From an uncultured bacterium (GTDB taxonomy: Bacteria > DAOPZR01), in the NCBI GenBank assembly GCA_964637655.1, contig CAZWUZ010000007.1:1-35610 (forward strand): 35,610 nucleotides of DNA, in the 5' to 3' direction. Shown piece after piece: positions 24,682 through 33,852 of this stretch (position 1 is its first letter; each line of letters starts with the position of its first letter). The notes below the pieces were generated by a model. That model was not told the DNA's origin and made no database searches. It saw only the letters and a program-made list of their open reading frames with translations. A program made the position numbers and the translations under genes.

Positions 24682-26988
24682 ATGACTTCAGAAATGTCCT
24701 CCCGACGCACTAATGGCAGCCGTTTCCCCCTGTGGATTGTGTCGGCAATCTGCGCAGCGGCATATTGCCTGTGCTTCTTTCTTCCGTGGCTGGACTGCTC
24801 GTACAAAGGATCTACTGACTATATCATTGACGCTCAGCGCGTGATCAGCGGGAGTGTCAGTGGCTACGATTTGGCTAGCGGCTACACTCTGACAAAAGTA
24901 GATACTGCCAGAAATCCAATGAATCATCGCGATCAAGGTTCCGAGACAATTCTGGTCAAGTATTCTTCCAACAATATCGTGTGGGTTGTTCTAATCCTGG
25001 GATGTTGTTGTGTGCTTTTGAGTTTGCTTCAGGGAGTGTCGAGCAACAGGTTATTCCCGACATTATGCGGCATCATCGCAGCGATTCTGCTCTTAGGCGT
25101 ATTGTATCTTAACCAGTACTCTACATCTCTCGAGATCCGTCACGATAATATGCTTAGCAGGGAAAACTGGAACAACATCGTCGCTGATGCGTCATTATCC
25201 TATGGGGCCTATTTCGGCATACTCGCTAATATTTCGATATTTGCTTTGAATGGACTATTGTTATTATCCGGTCGCCGGAGACGGCAGCACGATACTTGCA
25301 CGGTAACTAATACTAGCAATCACACTATGCCGGCTTCCTGGACTCCATTCAAAGGACTCACCAGTGGATTATACTTACTTGTGGTGTTCTGTTTCATAAT
25401 GCCGTTCTTCAACATCAAGTGTGGTAATGCCGATGTCATGACAATTAGCGGGACGCAATTGCTTTTAGGAGCCGACTATCAGGAATCCGGTGGAATGTTC
25501 ACGCGGGGACAAACCCGGCATATCCCCCCCGATACCTCGGCTGTACTTGCGTTCATATTTATTATCCTTGGTGCTGTATTGGTATGGCTGCCTCGCAAGA
25601 TTGGCAATATCACCTCGCTTCTCACAGGCCTTTTGGCCGTCATTATGCTGTTTGCGCTAAAACTCGTCAACAACAATGCCATATCCAGTCAAGGGCAGGG
25701 TATGCTCACTCTGCAAGCACTTGCCGGTTACTATTGCACTGTAGCGGGTGTTGTCGCTGCTTGCATTGCCAATATTGTGCAACTGATTTTCAGTGGAGCA
25801 ATTTCTCGATATGAAGTCGAGAGAGCGAGTAATTCCCACACCTCCGATCATGGTCGCAGTCAGGAGGATGATGCCATTTTCAATTCGAGGCATTCGGAAT
25901 ATTCACAAACATATACTGGCACAGCAACAGTGGCAGACAGGTTCTCTAACATAATGTATCAGATAGATCCCAACGGAAAGTTAGCTGTTCAGGCAAAGCA
26001 TTTGTGGCAGTCCTATGTATTCCGCTTCGGACGTTTGGCAAGTTCACCGGCGACATTTTTCGTAGAGTTGGGTTCTCCCTCTTTCCTCGGCGATGCCGTC
26101 AGATTTGCCGTTGTAACCGTAGCAATTACCATCTTCATCGCTATGTTCTTCATGCCGTTGTATGTGTCTGGAAGTTCGCATTTTGTCAGCTACATAACAT
26201 TGCTCATCATGCAGATAATCGGATTTGCCATGTTGTGGGGAGCATCCATAATTTTCTCTCTGATCTTGTCGGCGGCACAAAACAAGAGTTTGTCATTGAC
26301 AGCAATGATGTCAATCGCATGCTATGCGACATTGGCATGCCCATTGGCCGCTTTGCACCCCTTGCTTTGGCTTATCGCAGGCGCCGCCGGCGTCGTTATC
26401 ACTGTGCTGGCTTTCCGGAGTATGAATTCCGCAACTGTCCACGCATCTGTATCGTCTTCCGCAGTTCCAGTCATGACTGAAGCCGTGCCATCCTCTGCTG
26501 ACAGTCATCAGTCTGATGCTTCCGGCGTCGGGCACGCGGAAGCACACCTGCAACAACCACAGCCAACAACGAGCATCATCACAGCCGATGCGCCGGCCGG
26601 CTCAACTATCACGGTCGAATCAGCGACACCCGCTTTCGCGCCTGTTTCCATCACAGATCAATCCCCTCTGCCCCAAATCATCGATCCAAGGCAGCTTATC
26701 TTTGATAATCATTTGACTGACCTCGCGTTGGCGTATCTCTCATGGGCGCGCGAGCAGACTGATGATAAGGCTCGGATATTCGGTGAGAAAATGGCTATAG
26801 TCGGCAATGATGAGCTTGCATATGACCCGGTTGAGGTTGAGCGCAGTATTCATTCAGATTCCAACACAAGCCCTTTGATCCTGTTGGGAATTTTGCTGTT
26901 CTGTCACACGAAGATCCGACCATTCGACAATTACAACGATCTTGCGGGCCGGCTTGTCTCTCGCATTTCTAACACATCAAAACCATAG
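24682..26988 (+). CDS. Multi-module polytopic membrane protein with Yip1-like region
   Basis: Two similar TM modules (FFLPW...SG..L...YGAY and FIMPFF...SG.QL...AGYY), then SSPATFF and further TM helices, low-complexity linker, soluble tail; RBS GAGG before ATG 24682. Confidence 0.7.
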   Translation: MTSEMSSRRTNGSRFPLWIVSAICAAAYCLCFFLPWLDCSYKGSTDYIIDAQRVISGSVSGYDLASGYTLTKVDTARNPMNHRDQGSETILVKYSSNNIVWVVLILGCCCVLLSLLQGVSSNRLFPTLCGIIAAILLLGVLYLNQYSTSLEIRHDNMLSRENWNNIVADASLSYGAYFGILANISIFALNGLLLLSGRRRRQHDTCTVTNTSNHTMPASWTPFKGLTSGLYLLVVFCFIMPFFNIKCGNADVMTISGTQLLLGADYQESGGMFTRGQTRHIPPDTSAVLAFIFIILGAVLVWLPRKIGNITSLLTGLLAVIMLFALKLVNNNAISSQGQGMLTLQALAGYYCTVAGVVAACIANIVQLIFSGAISRYEVERASNSHTSDHGRSQEDDAIFNSRHSEYSQTYTGTATVADRFSNIMYQIDPNGKLAVQAKHLWQSYVFRFGRLASSPATFFVELGSPSFLGDAVRFAVVTVAITIFIAMFFMPLYVSGSSHFVSYITLLIMQIIGFAMLWGASIIFSLILSAAQNKSLSLTAMMSIACYATLACPLAALHPLLWLIAGAAGVVITVLAFRSMNSATVHASVSSSAVPVMTEAVPSSADSHQSDASGVGHAEAHLQQPQPTTSIITADAPAGSTITVESATPAFAPVSITDQSPLPQIIDPRQLIFDNHLTDLALAYLSWAREQTDDKARIFGEKMAIVGNDELAYDPVEVERSIHSDSNTSPLILLGILLFCHTKIRPFDNYNDLAGRLVSRISNTSKP

Positions 26989-27034
26989 GCGACGGAAGCC
27001 GACGCCCAAGTCGCGTACTTCTAATGGCGATTGC

Positions 27035-27637
27035 TCACTCCGGCGGATGCATGGACCATATGCATGCATCGATCCTTCCGCGTTCGCTTGCCGATCGCAC
27101 TTCCAACGCTCCAGGCGCTATGCTGTATACCAATTGATAGCAATCGTCCGGCATATTCCATCGTTCATATTTCGGAGCGCCAAGTACGCTCCGTGCGCTT
27201 GAAATACTGTCGCCCACCTTGACACCGAACACTTTCCAACCATCTCGAAACGCAATTAGCACCACACAATGTTCCTCTGGTGTCGCGCCAAACGATACTC
27301 CTTGCTCCTCACACACATAGTATTCAAGCCCCTCGAAGTCCATTGACCTTCCACGCCACTTACGTTTCACTTCATCAATCGACATTCCCAGATATATTTC
27401 CAAGCCCTGCCAGACTCCCTTTCCATCAAAGTCCTTTCGTTCAGCAGTAGATGTAATCGTCCGCACCGGTTGCTCTCGTTCTACCATTGGGAGATTTTCA
27501 TGATTATCACTGCCTGTTTGTTGGCTCGCGACAACAACAGGGGTTCGTTCCCCTTTCACAATAACGACATATGTCAAGGCAACACTGAGAATCAAGACAA
27601 TAACCACTAACGCCGCAATCAATGCCTTCATAGTCAT
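27035..27637 (-). CDS. Hypothetical membrane-anchored exported protein
   Basis: N-terminal TM; two GxxxGxS motifs (GLEIYLGMS, GVKVGDS); RBS GGGAGG. Confidence 0.75.
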   Translation of the reverse strand: MTMKALIAALVVIVLILSVALTYVVIVKGERTPVVVASQQTGSDNHENLPMVEREQPVRTITSTAERKDFDGKGVWQGLEIYLGMSIDEVKRKWRGRSMDFEGLEYYVCEEQGVSFGATPEEHCVVLIAFRDGWKVFGVKVGDSISSARSVLGAPKYERWNMPDDCYQLVYSIAPGALEVRSASERGRIDACIWSMHPPE

Positions 27638-27668
27638 CCTCCCGCTTTATCCCAAAGTCACTGGTTGA

Positions 27669-29291
27669 TCATATTGAATTCCCATCGTCCGACACATATT
27701 CTTCCCCATTCCATCGCAACTCCGAAAAGTATCCTGAATTCAACGCCCACACAATCATCAATCCATCATTGTTGACCAGTGACTGAATACTGGAATATTC
27801 GCCATCCCAGTAATAGACTTTGCGATAGTCGCCACCTGTTTGTCGCTCATATACCGCAATGAAACTACGGTATGCTCCCCCCTCGTGCTCGGGATTGAGC
27901 AATCCCGAGATTGCAATTTCTGGCCGGTCATTACCGTTGAAGTCACCCTGAAGCAAGAAGCGCGCCGGGAGTTCTTCAGCCTGTCTCCGAACCCAAGCGT
28001 ATCCTGTTTCCGTTCGGGAGATACGCGATTTGATCTTATCCATATCAGCCACTTCCAGCACTCTTGCGTTGGGATACTGTGGCATCTGCTCCCGTAGCAG
28101 GAGGTTGACCCCATTATTTCCAAAGTATGATGCGTCTTCTGCCGCAGATGTCAAAACGTCAGAAGTCAATTGACCAGTATCACGTGACGAGCTGCCAACT
28201 GCCGATTTTTTCAGGTTTATAGCCAGACAGAAATGTGTCATATATGCTGGGTCAGTCGGGCAAGTATTTTCAAGAAAACATGCATATATTAGCATGCCGA
28301 CGTTGGCAATCATTGGTTCAACATATGCCGTTGGTCCGAGCATGCGTACGTTGCATATAGGTCCATATCCCAAATCAGATCCATCCTTCAAGCATCTTAC
28401 TTTCGCAAACGTCGGTGTTCCATATTCTCCCGTTCGAAATTCCTCCATCAAGTACTCGGCGATCCTCCGGCCTTCCTTGCTAATTGTCATCCTGCCAACG
28501 ATCGCTCCACTTACATCACGGGAGATGACAAATTGGCAAGGAAGATCCTCTGCCTGATTTTGTATCGTTCCATCCCACACACCGAGTAACATATCATCAT
28601 CTGCAACTATTTCCTGCACTTCGCTAGATGCTATCCGTTTTGACCATTCCGCAACCTTCCATTCATAATCACTGCCATAAGGATGCAGTTCAAACGTCAT
28701 TATTTCACGGCGATATATCACGATTCTGCGGCCCGGCACACCCCGCGCCGGATGTCTTCTCAGCATTTCAGCATATTGATCTTCGGATAGATTTACTATA
28801 TTATGCCTGCGAATGAAATCTGCATCCCCGTATCCCTCAGGATTCTGATAGATGTGCAGTATGCTAACCTCGGCCCTGATTTTGTCCGCTCCATATTCCT
28901 TGACGTCAATCCAGGTATCTTGGTCGAATATTCGGTATGCATCATGTTCCATGTCAACATACCACCTGCCATTTCGTACAGGCTCTGATTCCATTTCATT
29001 CTTCCAGGCCGTCAACTCATTGCCACACAACACCGCTTCAAGATTGAACTCAATCTGCCGTGCTTGTGTATCACTCAGCGTCTGCTTCCAATCCGTACGC
29101 ACTTGAGCAAGGACCCCGCTAAGTCCTATGTAGTTTATCGCGGATAATCCAACAATACGCTCAGCATGGTGTTCCGAATATACATCTGCGTTTCCAACAT
29201 CTCGCTGTGCGGATGCTTCCATATACGATTCCGCGCCGGCAGCTCCTGGCGCAATCAACGCCAATATAATCGCACACATTGCAATATTCAT
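27669..29291 (-). CDS. Hypothetical secreted multidomain protein
   Basis: Signal peptide ending AGA-E; GVWDG beta domain; GDFNGNDRPEIAI (FG-GAP/VCBS-like); RBS AAGGAG. Confidence 0.75.
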   Translation of the reverse strand: MNIAMCAIILALIAPGAAGAESYMEASAQRDVGNADVYSEHHAERIVGLSAINYIGLSGVLAQVRTDWKQTLSDTQARQIEFNLEAVLCGNELTAWKNEMESEPVRNGRWYVDMEHDAYRIFDQDTWIDVKEYGADKIRAEVSILHIYQNPEGYGDADFIRRHNIVNLSEDQYAEMLRRHPARGVPGRRIVIYRREIMTFELHPYGSDYEWKVAEWSKRIASSEVQEIVADDDMLLGVWDGTIQNQAEDLPCQFVISRDVSGAIVGRMTISKEGRRIAEYLMEEFRTGEYGTPTFAKVRCLKDGSDLGYGPICNVRMLGPTAYVEPMIANVGMLIYACFLENTCPTDPAYMTHFCLAINLKKSAVGSSSRDTGQLTSDVLTSAAEDASYFGNNGVNLLLREQMPQYPNARVLEVADMDKIKSRISRTETGYAWVRRQAEELPARFLLQGDFNGNDRPEIAISGLLNPEHEGGAYRSFIAVYERQTGGDYRKVYYWDGEYSSIQSLVNNDGLMIVWALNSGYFSELRWNGEEYVSDDGNSI

Positions 29292-29341
29292 GTTATCTCT
29301 CCTTGCTACTCATCGTATTCGAGTGTCGTCTCGCTTCTATC

Positions 29342-29770
29342 TCATGAATCACTGGCACTGCGGGTCAAATGTATCGTTCCACCATCTCCTTCTGCACGCC
29401 ATTCTCCGGACAGTTTGTTGCCGTCAATTTTCAAGCGTCCCGACTTTATATACCATCTATGCATTCCAGTAATCCTTTGGCTTGTCACGCGACCTTCTTC
29501 AAATACGAAATCCCCGTCGACAATTTGTCCAGTGAGTGTCATTACACCAAAATCATTGCCCGTTTCAATTCGAGTCGTTCCAATCAATCTATCGCCATCC
29601 TGACGTAGCATCATCCAATAATTGTATGGACTTCGATCACTATTTGTCGGCTGTAGCAGTATTCCCTTCCATGTTCCTGATACATTATATGTTCTTTCGC
29701 TCTGGGTAACTGTCGCACATCCGTACAGCAATATTGCAATCTGCATCGCGATTCCGAATAGCGCTTTCAC
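29342..29770 (-). CDS. Putative lipoprotein, beta-rich
   Basis: Lipobox LLYGC; VSGTWKG...LRQDGDRLIG...LSGEW. Confidence 0.75.
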   Translation of the reverse strand: MKALFGIAMQIAILLYGCATVTQSERTYNVSGTWKGILLQPTNSDRSPYNYWMMLRQDGDRLIGTTRIETGNDFGVMTLTGQIVDGDFVFEEGRVTSQRITGMHRWYIKSGRLKIDGNKLSGEWRAEGDGGTIHLTRSASDS

Positions 29771-29779
29771 TGGTTCCCC

Positions 29780-32077
29780 CTAGACATGATTTATCTCAAA
29801 CATTCCTCGCTCTGTTCCATGCACGCACACATAGCGCCATATCTGATTACCATCCCCTAATCTGGTGTCCGCTTCATCAAGTGTTCTCATATGCTTCTTC
29901 AGCACTTCCCCTGCACCAATGAAAATCATATTTACGAATGGATCATCTATCTTTTTCAATGCCTCAAACGTCATGTTGAACTTGTTCACAAGATTCGGTG
30001 CTACTCTTTCGACTGCGCGAACATATTGAACTTGAAGAGGTCCCGCTAACAATAACAACGCCCTACCAGAACGCTGTGGCATAGTAATCTCACTCTGTGA
30101 CCAGAATTCCCTTCCAGTTATAACCGAATATGTATTCGTGATCGTGCTAATCCCGGGAAGCAGCCCGGATATTGTGTCTGCCTTTTTGTCCAAGTTGAAC
30201 AATTTCAATATTTGTCTTGTTTTGTCCAATGCATCCTGTGCCCCATACATGACATTTTCAAGAAAATCCTTCATTGCGGCCGATGCATTAGTGAGATCAG
30301 GCAATGGGAATTCGGTTGGCTCTTCGTAGGGACGAACACGCCTGGGTGCACTATATCCTGCCATGTATGATCCACGCACAGGCTGGCTACTTACTGCCAT
30401 CCTTTGTACTCCCGTATTTATCGGTTCAAGATAATATGCTGGAGGTGAAATAACAACTGGACGGTTGTTGCTCCGAGGATTTGCGTAGGATATGCTTCCC
30501 GCATTCAATTGCTGGTTGCCATCTATCCGCGCAATAGCCGGGAATTCGTTCTGAGCATTTTGATCATCTTCCCACTGAGGATCAGCAAAATCAGGATTAC
30601 TATTTACTTGTCTAGCCTCGCTCGAACTAGAATGTTGCTGACTTTCCGGCCATGTCACTGTGGTGTTTGCTTCTCGAGCAGAGTTATTCGGAGTGGCTTC
30701 CCTCTGCTGATCGGCATTATTTCGCTCCTCGGCCGTCGCAGTAGATGTTTGTTGCCAAACATCGTCGTTTTCTTGTTGTGTGACCGATATTGTTGGCAGA
30801 GCGCCCTCTGTGGCCGTGCTATTTTCATCTTCTGTACTTATGGGATATGTATTGAGCCATACATCATCACTATTCTGGTATTGGTCCGATACAATGTTTG
30901 TTTCTCTCCATACGTCAGAATCCTGCTGTTCTTCGGTTCGAGTCGGGACGTACACTTCATCCCATATGCTTTCATTATTATTCTCAATATCACTGTTGTC
31001 TAATGTTTGCTGACCTCGTGTGTCTTCTGCCGCCTCCCTGGCTATTATCATCGAAGGCGTGTCGGAATATGGTAGATTGTTTGTATTCAGAACACGCAGT
31101 ACATTCTCTTCGTTATCCGCCGGCGCATCAGACACATTTTCATCCGGGAACGTATTAGCTCTGCTGATCGCATCTCTAATTATCCTGCGCATCTGTTCAG
31201 CCACCACCGGATTCCACTGGTTGCCATGCGCGAGTTGTTCATAGCTATTCAGGGGTAATGCACTCGTGCTCCTGTACTGCTCCGTAACCGGCTCGGTCGG
31301 TGTTCTGCGCAACATTTGACGGTAATCTGCAGCGAATTGCCCGTAGATGTCGTATGCGCCAAACGCACGCAAGAGGAACGACAATATTTGTCTCCCCATG
31401 TATTTGCTCTGGTATTCATCATACACATTAGCTCGCTTCAAAAATTCCCTGTCGTTTTCGCGCAATTTCGATAAATCAACTCTTTCTCGCACTGCCCATA
31501 TAAGTTGTTGCTGGCTACCATATGACCTCCGTTCAAGCGCGCCCTGTTTCAATATTAGTGACACCCACTCCCCCGCTTCCAAAGACGACAATGTCCGCAA
31601 ACGCGCCGGCTCATTGTATCGAGGGCCACCACGGTGTTTATCCATGCAGTATATTTTATGACGTATCCTTACATGTACGCCCGGCGGAATCGTCATCGTT
31701 CCTTTGGTTTCAAGTTCATACATGAGCATTGCAGTAAGATACAATCGACCTATCTTTCGAAGACACGCAGCAAGCTCGTTTGTCCTCGGTCCGTTCGGAT
31801 CAGCAGCCCATCTACGCAGCTTTAGTCTCTCTGTCGATAATTCCCTCAATATTTTGTTTGCGTCTGGTTGCGAAAGATCAATGATCGTATTTGTTTCGGC
31901 GTCAAGATTCAGATCGCTGAGCGATGGTTCATCTATTGATTGCAGTGTGGGCTCCCCATCCTCAGCATATAACTGCACTGGAAACATACACCCGACGAAA
32001 CACGTCAATGTCAGGTATGTGATCAGTCGTCTTACACGTGCTACCGGGGATTGAGGGGCACCAGAAGGGTTGCGCAT
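29780..32077 (-). CDS. Large secreted protein with thioester-domain-like motifs, acidic DVW repeats and pre-toxin-TG-like segment
   Basis: Signal peptide ending LYA-E; IYCMD...QQQLIW; DVW repeats; LLPGISTITNTYSVITGREF. Confidence 0.7.
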   Translation of the reverse strand: MRNPSGAPQSPVARVRRLITYLTLTCFVGCMFPVQLYAEDGEPTLQSIDEPSLSDLNLDAETNTIIDLSQPDANKILRELSTERLKLRRWAADPNGPRTNELAACLRKIGRLYLTAMLMYELETKGTMTIPPGVHVRIRHKIYCMDKHRGGPRYNEPARLRTLSSLEAGEWVSLILKQGALERRSYGSQQQLIWAVRERVDLSKLRENDREFLKRANVYDEYQSKYMGRQILSFLLRAFGAYDIYGQFAADYRQMLRRTPTEPVTEQYRSTSALPLNSYEQLAHGNQWNPVVAEQMRRIIRDAISRANTFPDENVSDAPADNEENVLRVLNTNNLPYSDTPSMIIAREAAEDTRGQQTLDNSDIENNNESIWDEVYVPTRTEEQQDSDVWRETNIVSDQYQNSDDVWLNTYPISTEDENSTATEGALPTISVTQQENDDVWQQTSTATAEERNNADQQREATPNNSAREANTTVTWPESQQHSSSSEARQVNSNPDFADPQWEDDQNAQNEFPAIARIDGNQQLNAGSISYANPRSNNRPVVISPPAYYLEPINTGVQRMAVSSQPVRGSYMAGYSAPRRVRPYEEPTEFPLPDLTNASAAMKDFLENVMYGAQDALDKTRQILKLFNLDKKADTISGLLPGISTITNTYSVITGREFWSQSEITMPQRSGRALLLLAGPLQVQYVRAVERVAPNLVNKFNMTFEALKKIDDPFVNMIFIGAGEVLKKHMRTLDEADTRLGDGNQIWRYVCVHGTERGMFEINHV

Positions 32078-32187
32078 GCCGCACCTCGTAGGCCATCCGC
32101 GCTGTGCGGGCGAGGCTGTCGCCCGTCAACGGATGACGGAGATTTATTTCAACGTGTTTCGTAGCAATTCTGCTAGTAAAACAACGT

Positions 32188-32547
32188 TTACTTATCTTCC
32201 TTTTTTTCAGCCTGATACCTTTGATAGTTGCGAAATACATCTTCCAGCGCAGCAATAAGCGCTCTTTTGGTAACACTATAATGCCGCGTTTCAATCTGTT
32301 CTATGCATTCCCGAACGCCAGCCTCGATATCAAAACCTAGCAGCGTATTACCGAGGATCTTTTCTACAAGCGACGACACTACGTTGCAATTCACATCAAC
32401 AACTTTATTGTCTTTGGGATCTAGCTCAATCTCAACGCTCATATATCCGCATGAATTACGAGCAGTCATATTTTCGGGAAGTCGCGAAAACCCAGAGATA
32501 ATTATAGTATCTGGTCGAAGTTTTGTCATTTCATTTTTTATCTTCAT
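32188..32547 (-). CDS. DUF3870-like protein
   Basis: TIIISGFSRLPENMTA...VEIELD...VDVNC...RALIAAL pattern; RBS AAGGGG. Confidence 0.75.
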   Translation of the reverse strand: MKIKNEMTKLRPDTIIISGFSRLPENMTARNSCGYMSVEIELDPKDNKVVDVNCNVVSSLVEKILGNTLLGFDIEAGVRECIEQIETRHYSVTKRALIAALEDVFRNYQRYQAEKKEDK

Positions 32548-32666
32548 TTACTTCCCCTTTATCTGTATCTGTGGGGGGATTATTACTTTTTATTCCCCCT
32601 AAGTCAACTCCCCACAGACGCCAACAGCACTTACTATCATCATAAGTATAAGTAGTCAACCCCCCC

Positions 32667-33332
32667 TCATTCTCCTGTCACGAAGCCAGCAAGACGAACC
32701 GACATTGGAATTCTTCCTTTGTACTCTGACAAATCAATCGGCGATGGAGTTACAATCTCGTCAATCAGCCCATATGCCAACGCCTCTTTCGCCGTCATCC
32801 ACCGGTTGCGATCGAAATCCCGCGTGACCTTACCCACCGGCTGCCCGGTCACCTCGGCGATCATTCCGTACAGGCGTTCCCGGAGTCGCACGACATGAAC
32901 CGCTTCGATGGCAATGTCGCTCGCCTGTCCCTGCACACCGCTCAGCGGCTGGTGCAACATCAACTCACAATTCGGCATCACTTTTCGCTTCCCGCGCGGC
33001 GCCGCGCAGGTCAACAGCATGGCACCCATCGACGCGCAACATCCGGTTCCAATCGTAGTGATCGGATTCGGCACCAGCCGGCAGAGGTCGATCATCGCCA
33101 GGCCGTCGTAGACGCCGCCACCAGGAGAATTGACATATAGTGTTATATTTCGTTGCGGATCCTCGTCGCTGATCGCAAGCAGCTGCAACATCAGAGCGTG
33201 ACTCGCCGACTCGTCGATCATACCGCTCACCATGATGATCCCCTGGCGGAGCAGGCGTTCCGTCAGCGATTGGCCGCCGCACGAGGTTTCTCTCTCGATT
33301 CTGATAAGCCCGGTCGCGTCTCTGGTCGTCAT
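32667..33332 (-). CDS. clpP: ClpP-family protease subunit
   Basis: LYVNSPGG, CASMGA (Ser), MLHQP (His), DRNRWMTAKEALAYGLID; RBS AAGGAGG. Confidence 0.9.
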   Translation of the reverse strand: MTTRDATGLIRIERETSCGGQSLTERLLRQGIIMVSGMIDESASHALMLQLLAISDEDPQRNITLYVNSPGGGVYDGLAMIDLCRLVPNPITTIGTGCCASMGAMLLTCAAPRGKRKVMPNCELMLHQPLSGVQGQASDIAIEAVHVVRLRERLYGMIAEVTGQPVGKVTRDFDRNRWMTAKEALAYGLIDEIVTPSPIDLSEYKGRIPMSVRLAGFVTGE

Positions 33333-33333
33333 G

Positions 33334-33852
33334 TCACTTTCCTCCTTCTGTTGCTACCCACTCATACACATAGGTCGCCATCTCGTTGTGCAGCCGTGCG
33401 GTCTCCTCAGGTCGCTCGCCCCAGGCTACCATGCGCTGGTAAGTATCTGATGCGCGCGGGTCCGCCTGCGGCTGAGGGCGTGGCGGCGGCGCTGGTTTTT
33501 GATCATTGTCGTCAGCGTTGTCGCTATCTTCCACATCGATACCTTGCTCATCGTAATCATCCTCATCAGCATTCTCATCCAGCGCGCGCAGGCTCGGAGT
33601 CATCTTGATTTCCGATGTTGCGGCGTGCTTCTGTCGTCGCTGTGCCACTTCGCGCTTGTGCCGCGCAATCACTTCATCTACGATCTGATTGGCTCGGGCA
33701 CTGTCCCCCCTACCGACCTTAGCAAACAGCAGCGCATAATTGACCCGTTCCTCCAGCTCCAGGTCATCCATTTGCTGTTGCAGGGATGTCCGCGTTTTTC
33801 CTTTCTGCTGTTGATCCTCTCTCTTGCTGCCTGCATCGTCATTCTGCTTCAT
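33334..33852 (-). CDS. Hypothetical acidic/low-complexity protein
   Basis: ATGA overlap with the upstream gene, RBS GGAGG, stop 1 nt before the clpP start; D/E-rich and Pro-rich segments. Confidence 0.75.
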   Translation of the reverse strand: MKQNDDAGSKREDQQQKGKTRTSLQQQMDDLELEERVNYALLFAKVGRGDSARANQIVDEVIARHKREVAQRRQKHAATSEIKMTPSLRALDENADEDDYDEQGIDVEDSDNADDNDQKPAPPPRPQPQADPRASDTYQRMVAWGERPEETARLHNEMATYVYEWVATEGGK

